Sequence record: SRR22947727_1464
Length of the DNA stretch: 55,831 bases
Reading direction: 5' to 3' (one strand)
The translations under genes were made by a program, and so were the position numbers. Below are positions 27,706 to 35,983 of the stretch, piece by piece. Every line of letters begins with the position of its first letter. The first letter of the stretch is position 1. The notes below the pieces were generated by a model, which worked only from the letters and a program-made list of their open reading frames with translations, did not search any database and was not told the DNA's origin.

Positions 27706-29181
27706 ATGCTTGATTCATCCACAGATCTAAAATCCATGCTCTCAGATCCCAGCTTGCTGCAAACGCAAGCCTTCATCAACAACCAATGGGTTGATGGGGA
27801 AAATGGTGCAACCTTTGACGTTTCAAACCCCGCGCGCGGTGATGTGATCGCGCAGGTCGCTGACCTTTCGCGCGCTGATTTGGCACGGGCGATTGACGGC
27901 GCTGAGGCCGCACAAAAGAAATGGGCCGCGCTGACCGCGAAGGAACGCTGCAACATGCTGCGCAACTGGTATAATTTGATGATGGAACATCAGTCTGATT
28001 TGGCGATGATCCTCACGGCGGAAATGGGCAAACCCCTTACAGAAGCCATGGGAGAAATTTCCTATGGTGCGTCCTTCGTCGAATTTTTCGCCGAAGAGGC
28101 CAAGCGCAACTATGGTGAAACCATTCCGGGTCACCAGGCCGATAAGCGGATTACCGTTATAAAACAGCCCATCGGTGTTGCGGCTTCAATCACGCCTTGG
28201 AATTTCCCCAATGCGATGATTACCCGCAAAGCGGCACCCGCTTTGGCCGCAGGCTGCGCGTTCGTCGCCCGGCCCTCAGAATTGACCCCATTGTCCGCTT
28301 TGGCTCTGGGGGTCTTGGCCCAGCGCGCGGGCTTACCTGCGGGGATATTACAGATTGTCCCCTCCAATGACGCATCCGCTTCGGGCAAGGAGTTTTGTGA
28401 AAACTCGAAAGTGCGCAAACTCACCTTCACCGGCTCAACCCGCGTTGGACGCATTCTTTTGGGTCAAGCCGCTGAGCAGGTGAAAAAATGCTCCATGGAG
28501 CTGGGCGGCAATGCCCCCTTTATTGTCTTTGATGATGCAGATCTTGATGAGGCGGTCATCGGCGCCATGGCCTGTAAGTTCCGCAACAATGGCCAGACCT
28601 GTGTCTGTGCCAACCGGATTTACGTGCAAGCAGGCGTTTACGAGGAATTCACCAAACGCTTTAAAGTGGCGGTTGAAGCCATGAAAGTGGGCGATGGGTT
28701 TGCCGGTGCAGACCTTGGCCCGCTGATCTCTAAGCCAGCTCTGGCAAAGGTAGAGGATCATATCGCCGATGCGCTGTCCAAGGGCGCGGTTGTCGCAACT
28801 GGGGGCAAGCCGCATGATCTGGGCGGCACCTTCTTTGAGCCGACCATCCTGACCGGCGTGACGCAAGACATGACCGTGAGCAAGGAAGAGACATTCGGCC
28901 CCATGGCGCCTCTGTTCCAGTTTGAAAACGTAGATGATGTGATTGCCATGGCCAATGATACGATTTTCGGCCTGGCTGCCTATTTCTATGCCAAGGACCT
29001 GAGCCGTGTGTACAAAGTGGCCGAAGCGCTAGAATACGGCATTATCGGCGTGAACACAGGCATCATCTCTACTGAAGTCGCCCCGTTTGGCGGTGTTAAG
29101 CAATCCGGTCTTGGCCGGGAAGGCAGCCATCATGGCATGGATGAATATCTAGAGCTGAAATATATCTGTATGTCGGTCTAA
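27706..29181 (+). CDS. gabD: NAD(P)-dependent succinate-semialdehyde dehydrogenase
   Basis: ITPWNFPNAMITRK, FTGST, MELGGNAP, KFRNNGQTCVC, EETFGP, GVKQSGLGREGS. Confidence 0.93.
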   Translation: MLDSSTDLKSMLSDPSLLQTQAFINNQWVDGENGATFDVSNPARGDVIAQVADLSRADLARAIDGAEAAQKKWAALTAKERCNMLRNWYNLMMEHQSDLAMILTAEMGKPLTEAMGEISYGASFVEFFAEEAKRNYGETIPGHQADKRITVIKQPIGVAASITPWNFPNAMITRKAAPALAAGCAFVARPSELTPLSALALGVLAQRAGLPAGILQIVPSNDASASGKEFCENSKVRKLTFTGSTRVGRILLGQAAEQVKKCSMELGGNAPFIVFDDADLDEAVIGAMACKFRNNGQTCVCANRIYVQAGVYEEFTKRFKVAVEAMKVGDGFAGADLGPLISKPALAKVEDHIADALSKGAVVATGGKPHDLGGTFFEPTILTGVTQDMTVSKEETFGPMAPLFQFENVDDVIAMANDTIFGLAAYFYAKDLSRVYKVAEALEYGIIGVNTGIISTEVAPFGGVKQSGLGREGSHHGMDEYLELKYICMSV

Positions 29182-29198
29182 CTGGGCCATCCTAAGAG

Positions 29199-29226
29199 AA
29201 AAGGCAGGGATACCCCTGCCTTTTTT
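29199..29226. terminator. Bidirectional rho-independent terminator between gabD and ibpA
   Basis: AAAAGGCAGGG-atac-CCCTGCCTTTTTT between convergent genes. Confidence 0.88.
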
Positions 29227-29246
29227 GATTAAACCCTGCGATCAGA

Positions 29247-29702
29247 TCATGCTGGGCTAGCTTCCACCTGCAACGGAGACTTTGATTGAATTTGGATGCG
29301 GCGAGGTTTGAGAGCCTCTGGCACCTCGCGGATCAAATCAATATGCAGCATGCCATCCTCATAGCTCGCGCCGACCGCGCGCACATGGTCGGCAAGATGA
29401 AACTGCCGCTCAAAGGCGCGCGTGGCGATACCGCGGTGCAAATAGGTCTTGTTATCTTCAGCTTTCGGCTTGTGCGCCGAAACGTTTAAGGTTTTTTCCT
29501 TAACTTCAATTTCCAGATCCGCCTCTGAAAATCCGGCAGCCGCAATGGAAATGCGATATCCATCTTCTCCAGTTTTTTCGATATTGTAGGGCGGGTAGCT
29601 GGATTGTCCGCCCTCATGAGCCGACACACGGTCGAGCAGGTCAGCAATCTGATCAAAGCCAATGCTGGCACGGTAAAGCGGTGCAAAGTCAAACGAACGC
29701 AT
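29247..29702 (-). CDS. ibpA: Small heat shock protein (Hsp20, IbpA family)
   Basis: FDFAPLYR, YPPYNIEK, AAAGF, YLHRGIATRAFER, PEALKPRRI. Confidence 0.95.
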   Translation of the reverse strand: MRSFDFAPLYRASIGFDQIADLLDRVSAHEGGQSSYPPYNIEKTGEDGYRISIAAAGFSEADLEIEVKEKTLNVSAHKPKAEDNKTYLHRGIATRAFERQFHLADHVRAVGASYEDGMLHIDLIREVPEALKPRRIQIQSKSPLQVEASPA

Positions 29703-29789
29703 AGGAGTATCCTTTCAAAAGCGAGTCCAAGTCGGCCACCCCATTTGGGCGTAGCCTGGTAAGTTCTAGATCCCCATCTGGGCGATCTT
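29700..29789 (-). promoter_or_regulatory. ROSE-like RNA thermometer in the ibpA 5' UTR
   Basis: Three successive hairpins on the minus strand; the last, GGACUCGCUUUUGAAAGGAUACUCC, places UCGCU opposite the AGGA Shine-Dalgarno just before AUG. Confidence 0.7.
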
Positions 29790-29795
29790 CACTAT

Positions 29796-29824
29796 AGGTG
29801 GGAATCGGAGCGTCACAGTTCAAG
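29796..29824 (-). promoter_or_regulatory. RpoH (sigma32) promoter of ibpA
   Basis: Minus strand CTTG-N18-CCCACCT, about 95 nt upstream of a heat-shock gene. Confidence 0.75.
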
Positions 29825-29995
29825 AGCCATAGGTGCGTGATATCGGCAAAAAACGAGAGGTTTGCAGATTCCCCAGATGAGTCACAAAAATCGAGCAGGT
29901 GATCCAATGGGACACCCAAGGCGAAACCCCCGGCGTCTCCGCGGTCTGGGCCCCCGGCCCTTAAGGGCCCGCAAATAGCGAATGAGAGGTAAAAT

Positions 29996-30289
29996 ATGAA
30001 ACTTAAAACCTATCTCTGCGCAGGTGTTGCCTTTTGCAGCCTCAGCCTTGCGGGCAGCACCGCCGCAGCCGTTGACTTTGCCTTTTGCAAAGGAGGTTTT
30101 GAGGCCACCGATCTCAGTTGTTTCCAGCAAAGCCAATATGGCGATAACATCACCATGGTCGAAAAATCTGTTGGGGAAATGTACAACCGGGGCTGGACAG
30201 TCATTTCCGTCTATTTAAACAGAGCTGGCATGTCGCCCGACACCGTGAAAGATCCAGAGGCTGTGCTGTATTATTACTTCGAAAAATAA
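29996..30289 (+). CDS. Small secreted hypothetical protein
   Basis: Signal peptide ending TAAA, GAGAGG RBS, two Cys in the mature part. Confidence 0.7.
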   Translation: MKLKTYLCAGVAFCSLSLAGSTAAAVDFAFCKGGFEATDLSCFQQSQYGDNITMVEKSVGEMYNRGWTVISVYLNRAGMSPDTVKDPEAVLYYYFEK

Positions 30290-30311
30290 CGCACGATAGG
30301 CCACCTCGGGC

Positions 30312-31034
30312 TTACGGCCGCAAAAAATTCGCGCCACGGGACGGCAAGATCACCATTTTCTCACCCGCCGCCGCACCCAGGGAGATCGGCTCTCCGGCAT
30401 GTGTGGATTTGGCAGAAATGACAGAAATTATCATCGGCATGCCAAGGTCCAAGCGAAACACCGGTGCGCCGGAAGAGCCGTAGTCGACCTCGCAACCAAA
30501 CACTTGGGCCTTCTCTTTGCGCCCCAAAATGGTGCAGCCTTGGTGCACCTTAGGCCCCTCGCTGCGGTCATGAGCATAAGACACCACAGCGACACGCGCG
30601 CCACGCATCGGCATCTGTGCGACTGAAAAGGGGATGATGTCGGGATGCGTAATGGGGGTGCGCAGCCGCAGGATGGCCAAATCACTCGCCACCCGTTTGA
30701 GCCCCTCTTGCTCGGCAAAGGAAAAATCTGGATGCACCTTAACAGCCGCGATCTTGCGATAAGATTCAGCCTGCCCATCCTGCCAACCCGCCCGAAATTC
30801 CAGATCATCCACGTCCACGCGGGCTCCGGATTGCGCATCAAAAACGCAATGCGCAGCTGTCAACACATGCAACTCTCCGATCAATGTGGCGGTGCAGAAC
30901 CCGCCACCTGTCACATTGAGCCGCCCGACAGCGGGCCAATGCCTATCCATATCTGTTGCCGAGGCGGCAGTTAAGACCATCACCCCCTGTAAGAGTCCGA
31001 TGACAAGACAAGCCCGCTTCAAGAAATGTTGCAT
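30312..31034 (-). CDS. Trypsin-like serine protease, secreted
   Basis: Triad motifs LTAAHC, DLAIL, GSSGAP; signal peptide from ATG 31034. Confidence 0.9.
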   Translation of the reverse strand: MQHFLKRACLVIGLLQGVMVLTAASATDMDRHWPAVGRLNVTGGGFCTATLIGELHVLTAAHCVFDAQSGARVDVDDLEFRAGWQDGQAESYRKIAAVKVHPDFSFAEQEGLKRVASDLAILRLRTPITHPDIIPFSVAQMPMRGARVAVVSYAHDRSEGPKVHQGCTILGRKEKAQVFGCEVDYGSSGAPVFRLDLGMPMIISVISAKSTHAGEPISLGAAAGEKMVILPSRGANFLRP

Positions 31035-31197
31035 CCTACCCCTATCGCATCTGCAGCTATTATTGGGCAATCAATAACTGCCCGCGCTTGGCGCTCTTGC
31101 TGGGCGATCCATCATGCCCAAGTATAAGCGGAAATTACTCCATGCCGAAAACCAAGCGCCAAAGGAATCCCCAATTTTCGCCACGCCACCACATGAG

Positions 31198-32514
31198 TTA
31201 CCGTAGAATTGGCACTTGACCGGCTGCCGGTTGATCTGACAAAGCGCGAGGTTTTGGGCCCCCAGTGGCCCAATCGAGCAATTCTACCGTATGCATAATC
31301 GGAATATCCGTGCCACTGCCAATTTGCATCATACAGCCAAGATTTCCCGCCGAAATGACGTCCGGCGTTTTGGCTTCAAGAGTCTCAATTTTCCGCGCTT
31401 TGAGTTGACCAGAAATTTCAGGCTGCATCAAATTATAAGTGCCCGCAGAGCCACAGCACAGATGGCTGTTTTCAGGCTCCAAGACCTTATAGCCCACGCG
31501 GCGCAGAAGGTCTTTCGGATAGGTCTTGATCTGTTGACCATGTTGCAAAGAGCAAGCCGCATGATAGGCAACTCTCAGGCCTTGATCTGGCAGTTTTGGC
31601 AGGTCCAGCTCCATCAAAACTTCGCTCACATCCCGCGCCAATTGCGCCACACGCGCGGCCTTGCCCTCCAAAGGATCGCCTTCAAACATATGGCCGTAAT
31701 CTTTCACGGTCGTACCGCAACCAGAGGTGTTAATCACCACTGCATCCAATCCGCGCGCGGCGTCTTCGGCGGCGAAGGCTTCGATATTCACCGCCGCTGT
31801 TCGGTGGCTGTCGTCCACCTTGCCCATGTGATGGGTTAAGGCGCCACAACAGCCCTGCTTGAGCACGACCACTTCCGCACCGTGCCGAGTCAAAAGCCGA
31901 ATGGTTGCGTCATTGATATCCGTGTTCAATGCCCGCTGCGCACAGCCTGTCATAAGCGCCACACGCAATTTCAACTGGCCCTGCGCTGGGAAAATTTGCG
32001 CGTCATCATTGGGGCTGGGCGCGGGAATTTGCTTTGGCGCCATGTCGAGCATCGCTTTCAGCCGAGGATCGGGCGCCAAGTGGCGAAAGGGTCTGGCGAT
32101 TTTTGCACCCAACAGGGCCAGTCGAAAGCGGTTGGGATAGGGCAAAATTTGCGCCAGAACCCACCGCAAAACACGATCCGACCAGCTGCGCTTATAGGTT
32201 TGCTCAATATAGGCCCGCGCATGATCTACCAGATGCATATAATTCACACCCGAGGGGCATGTTGTCATACAGGCCAAACACGACAGGCAGCGATCTATAT
32301 GTTTGACCGTCTTTTCATCCGGCGTCCGCTGATTTTCCAGCATATCCTTAATAAGATAAATTCGGCCGCGTGGGCTGTCCAACTCATCACCCAGCACTTG
32401 ATAAGTGGGACAAGTCGCCGTGCAAAAGCCGCAATGGATACAGCTGCGCAGAATATCATTGGTACGTTTGATTTGCGGGTCCAACAGCTGCGTTTCGGTA
32501 AAATGTGTTTGCAT
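31198..32514 (-). CDS. glcF: Glycolate oxidase iron-sulfur subunit
   Basis: CIHCGFCTATCP and CLSCLACMTTCP 4Fe-4S motifs, two CCG domains. Confidence 0.95.
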   Translation of the reverse strand: MQTHFTETQLLDPQIKRTNDILRSCIHCGFCTATCPTYQVLGDELDSPRGRIYLIKDMLENQRTPDEKTVKHIDRCLSCLACMTTCPSGVNYMHLVDHARAYIEQTYKRSWSDRVLRWVLAQILPYPNRFRLALLGAKIARPFRHLAPDPRLKAMLDMAPKQIPAPSPNDDAQIFPAQGQLKLRVALMTGCAQRALNTDINDATIRLLTRHGAEVVVLKQGCCGALTHHMGKVDDSHRTAAVNIEAFAAEDAARGLDAVVINTSGCGTTVKDYGHMFEGDPLEGKAARVAQLARDVSEVLMELDLPKLPDQGLRVAYHAACSLQHGQQIKTYPKDLLRRVGYKVLEPENSHLCCGSAGTYNLMQPEISGQLKARKIETLEAKTPDVISAGNLGCMMQIGSGTDIPIMHTVELLDWATGGPKPRALSDQPAAGQVPILR

Positions 32515-33683
32515 CAGCTCATCCGCCCCGGGTTTAAAATGCCACGCGGATCAAATTTTTCGCGCAGGGTTTGAGAAACATGCTCAATTGCGCGTCCGAG
32601 TGGCTGAAAGTGGCACAGCTCTTGATCACGCAAAAGACCCGATTTCACCAAAGTCGCATGACCACTCAGCTGCGCCACATGTGTCTGCAAGGCCTGATGC
32701 AATGCTAGGCCGGCCTGTGCATCTGCCATTTGCGCCGCCTCCAGCCCAAGCCAGATCAATCCCCCACCCCAATCCAATTGACAGTGAAACCCGGGTTCTT
32801 TCTGCAGATCTTGCATCAGATCAATGACCCTCAAACTGTCTGTAGGACGCACTGAAATACGCCACACTGTGTCGAAGGCCGCCCAAGACCTTAGGTCTTT
32901 CACCTCAGCCCAAGGATCATCAACCACATCAACCGCACCAAATTTCGCAAGGCGTTGCGTCAATTCGGACGCGCGGTATTGAACCGAGGTCTCGAACCCC
33001 TCAACCCGGATCAAACAGTCAAAGCCGCCGTCTTCCGCCTGCACGGTTGCAGCGCCGCTGACGTCAAACGGCGTGCCCAGCGACGCCGACATGCAGCCGA
33101 CCGCATCTGCCCAGGTGGTGACGTGAATTTTCAAAGTGGCCTGGGTCTCACTGACAGGTAGAACCTTCAACGCCACCTCAGTGAGCACCCCAAGCGTGCC
33201 CCAAGAGCCGGACATCAATTTCACAAGATCATAGCCGGTGACATTCTTCATCACCCGGCCACCATTGCTCAGCACTTGCCCCGTCCCGTCCACAAAGGTC
33301 ACGCCCAGCGCAAAATCACGCGCGGCGCCCACTTGAATGCGGCGCGGACCCGAGACATTGGCGGCGATCACCCCGCCAAGGGTTGGCTGACCCGATGTGC
33401 CCAAAATCGCGCGGTGATCCATTGGCTCAAAGGCAAGTCGCTGCTTTCCCGCCGCCAGAACGGCCTCAATGTCTTCAATAGCTGTCCCAGTTTTGGCCAC
33501 CAGGGTCATTGCGCCGGGTTCATAAAGAGTGATCCCCTGAACGCGACGCGTACTCAGGGCTTGCGCCGGCGCAATACGGCCAATTTGGCGTGTCCCGCCG
33601 CCCATGATCTGCAAAGGACCCCTGGCCTCACGGAGCGCAGCGGCAAGGGCCGCCTCATCTTCAGGATAGAGTATTTCGCTCAT
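32514..33683 (-). CDS. glcE: Glycolate oxidase FAD-binding subunit
   Basis: SGPRR, GGRVMKNVTGYDL, GSWGTLG, DWGGG, FDPRGILNPGR. Confidence 0.93.
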   Translation of the reverse strand: MSEILYPEDEAALAAALREARGPLQIMGGGTRQIGRIAPAQALSTRRVQGITLYEPGAMTLVAKTGTAIEDIEAVLAAGKQRLAFEPMDHRAILGTSGQPTLGGVIAANVSGPRRIQVGAARDFALGVTFVDGTGQVLSNGGRVMKNVTGYDLVKLMSGSWGTLGVLTEVALKVLPVSETQATLKIHVTTWADAVGCMSASLGTPFDVSGAATVQAEDGGFDCLIRVEGFETSVQYRASELTQRLAKFGAVDVVDDPWAEVKDLRSWAAFDTVWRISVRPTDSLRVIDLMQDLQKEPGFHCQLDWGGGLIWLGLEAAQMADAQAGLALHQALQTHVAQLSGHATLVKSGLLRDQELCHFQPLGRAIEHVSQTLREKFDPRGILNPGRMS

Positions 33684-35113
33684 GACGCCCGCCGCGATTG
33701 GGAAACCGACAGGGGGAAGACCTTAGAGGGGTTGAGAAGCCAGCCGGGATCAAACACATCTTTGACCGCCATTTGGATCTCCAGATCTTCAGCACTATAT
33801 TGGTCTTCCATCAAATCGCGTTTTTCAATGCCCACGCCATGCTCACCGGTCAAACAGCCGCCCACCTCAACACAAAGCCGCAACACATCCGCCCCCATCG
33901 CTTCACAGAGCTCAAGATCGCCCTCTTTGTTGGCATCAAACATGATCAGCGGGTGCATGTTGCCATCGCCCGCATGAAACACATTGCCCACACGCAGGCC
34001 ATAATGATCCGACAGCTCTTTGATCCGCCGCAGAACTTCTGGCAAGGCAGAAACAGGAATGGTTCCATCCAAACACATATAGTCTGCAACTTGGCCCACC
34101 GCGCCAAAGGCGGATTTTCGGCCCAACCAAATCGCAGCACTTTCCGCAGCAGATTGGCTTTGACGCAGTTCGACCGGATTGTGTTTTTGCGAAATCGCAC
34201 TGATGCGATCCAATTGATCTTGAATTTCTGCCTCTGATCCCTCGACCTCGACAATCAACAGCGCTTCACAGTCTGGATATCCCGCCTTGGCGAAATTCTC
34301 ACAAATTTCAATAATTGGACGGTCCATGAATTCAATTGCGACAGGCAAAACACCGACTTTGATAATGTCCGCCACACAGGCACCTGCCACTTCATTGCTG
34401 TCAAAAGCGATCATCACCGGACGCGCGCCCTCGGGCTTGGGCAAAATCCGCAAGGTGGCCTCTGTGACCACGCCCAGCTGGCCCTCTGACCCGCAGATCA
34501 CCCCCAGAATATCGAGCCCAGAGGCATCAAGGTAGCCACCGCCGATCTCAACAATCTCACCATCCATCATCACCATGGTCACGCCCATCAGATTGTTGGT
34601 GGTCACCCCATATTTCAAACAATGCGCCCCGCCGGAGTTCATCGCGATATTGCCAGCAATGGCGCAGGCCAATTGGCTGGAAGGGTCGGGGGCATAAAAG
34701 AAATCTTCTTCCTCCACAGCGCCAGACACGCTGAGGTTGGTCCGGCCGCTTTGCACCCGGATCAGGCGGTTCTCGTAGTCTGTTTCTAAAACTTTATTCA
34801 TCTTTGCCACGCCCAGGATGACGCAATCTGCCGTTGGCAGCGCACCGCCCGCCAAAGATGTGCCCGACCCCCGTGGCACGACCGGCACGCCTTCGCGGTG
34901 GCAAATCTTCAAAATATCTGAGACTTCCTGCGTGGTTGCGGGCAAGACTGCGATCATCGGCGGGCAGCGATATGCGGTGAGCGCGTCACATTCATAGGCC
35001 CGCGTTTCAGAAGGGTCATCAATCACCGCATCATAGGGCAAAACAGCGCGCAACGCCGCCGCAATTTTCGCCTTTTTCGACAGGATTTCCGAATTTGGTT
35101 GTGGCATTTCCAT
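33680..35113 (-). CDS. glcD: Glycolate oxidase subunit GlcD
   Basis: PRGSGTSLAGG, YAPDPSS, GAHCLKYG, HAGDGNMHP, GEHGVG; start ATG 35113 after GGAGG. Confidence 0.94.
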   Translation of the reverse strand: MEMPQPNSEILSKKAKIAAALRAVLPYDAVIDDPSETRAYECDALTAYRCPPMIAVLPATTQEVSDILKICHREGVPVVPRGSGTSLAGGALPTADCVILGVAKMNKVLETDYENRLIRVQSGRTNLSVSGAVEEEDFFYAPDPSSQLACAIAGNIAMNSGGAHCLKYGVTTNNLMGVTMVMMDGEIVEIGGGYLDASGLDILGVICGSEGQLGVVTEATLRILPKPEGARPVMIAFDSNEVAGACVADIIKVGVLPVAIEFMDRPIIEICENFAKAGYPDCEALLIVEVEGSEAEIQDQLDRISAISQKHNPVELRQSQSAAESAAIWLGRKSAFGAVGQVADYMCLDGTIPVSALPEVLRRIKELSDHYGLRVGNVFHAGDGNMHPLIMFDANKEGDLELCEAMGADVLRLCVEVGGCLTGEHGVGIEKRDLMEDQYSAEDLEIQMAVKDVFDPGWLLNPSKVFPLSVSQSRRAS

Positions 35114-35125
35114 GTTTAACCCTCC

Positions 35126-35150
35126 AATTGGTAAATAATTATAACCAATT
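35126..35150. promoter_or_regulatory. Candidate FadR/GlcC-type operator upstream of glcD
   Basis: Palindrome AATTGGT-N11-ACCAATT abutting the glcD RBS; same core and spacing as 54968-54986. Confidence 0.7.
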
Positions 35151-35191
35151 TTGGGGGATCGCAAGGACAAATCCTCTGCTACACTGAAGGC

Positions 35192-35983
35192 ATGATATTT
35201 GATGTAATCCTCTCCCAACTCACCACTTTAGATCTCTTTATTGTCGGATTTGGCCTTCTCGCCGCCTTTCTGATCGGCCATGTGATCGAAAACCCTCCCA
35301 AGTCACGCGCTTCAGTCACCGCCCTGATGTCCTACTATCGGCGCGCTTGGATGCTCAATTTCGTAGACCGCGATCCCCGTATTTTTGATTCTCAAACACT
35401 AGCCTCTCTGCGCCAAAGCACTGCCTTTTTCGGATCCACAGCTTTGATTTCCATTGGCGGGCTTTTGGCAATCATGGGCACGCCAGATCGCCTGCTTGAA
35501 TTTACCCATGCCGTCACCCAATCGCAGGAGGCAACTGCGCTCAAATTGCAATTCAAATTGGCCTTTGCCGCTCTGTTTTTGGTGTATGCCTTTTTGAAGT
35601 TTGTATGGTCCAGTCGCCTGTTTGGCTATTGCGCTGTCTTAATGGCAGCCGTGCCGAATGATCCAGATCATCCCCAAGCGATCCCACGCGCTATTATGGC
35701 CGGTGAGATCAATATCCGCGCTGCCTTGAGCTTTAACCGCGGGTTGCGCGCCATGTATTTCGCGCTTGCATCTCTGGCCTGGCTGGCTGGCGCCCCTGTT
35801 ATGCTGGCGGCCTTTGTGATTACGCTTTATATGCTCTGGAACCGTGAGTTTTCCTCACAGGCCAGCGCACTTTTGAAAACCGGGATAATGGAGACCGACA
35901 CATCATTTATCCCAGCGCCCTTCGCGCAACCAACCGATCAAAAGACCAAGAGCGGCAAAAATGAGGTAGACCCAAGCGGGTAA
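35192..35983 (+). CDS. DUF599 family membrane protein
   Basis: RRAWM, RIFD, AFFGST, FLKFVWS, FNRGLRAMYF motifs; TM helices. Confidence 0.82.
   Translation: MIFDVILSQLTTLDLFIVGFGLLAAFLIGHVIENPPKSRASVTALMSYYRRAWMLNFVDRDPRIFDSQTLASLRQSTAFFGSTALISIGGLLAIMGTPDRLLEFTHAVTQSQEATALKLQFKLAFAALFLVYAFLKFVWSSRLFGYCAVLMAAVPNDPDHPQAIPRAIMAGEINIRAALSFNRGLRAMYFALASLAWLAGAPVMLAAFVITLYMLWNREFSSQASALLKTGIMETDTSFIPAPFAQPTDQKTKSGKNEVDPSG

Noticed and set aside
29900..29990. Possible riboswitch in the GC-rich leader of the 97-aa gene
   Set aside because: I could not match the conserved core of any riboswitch class I know (e.g. c-di-GMP-I); only a short palindrome is supported.
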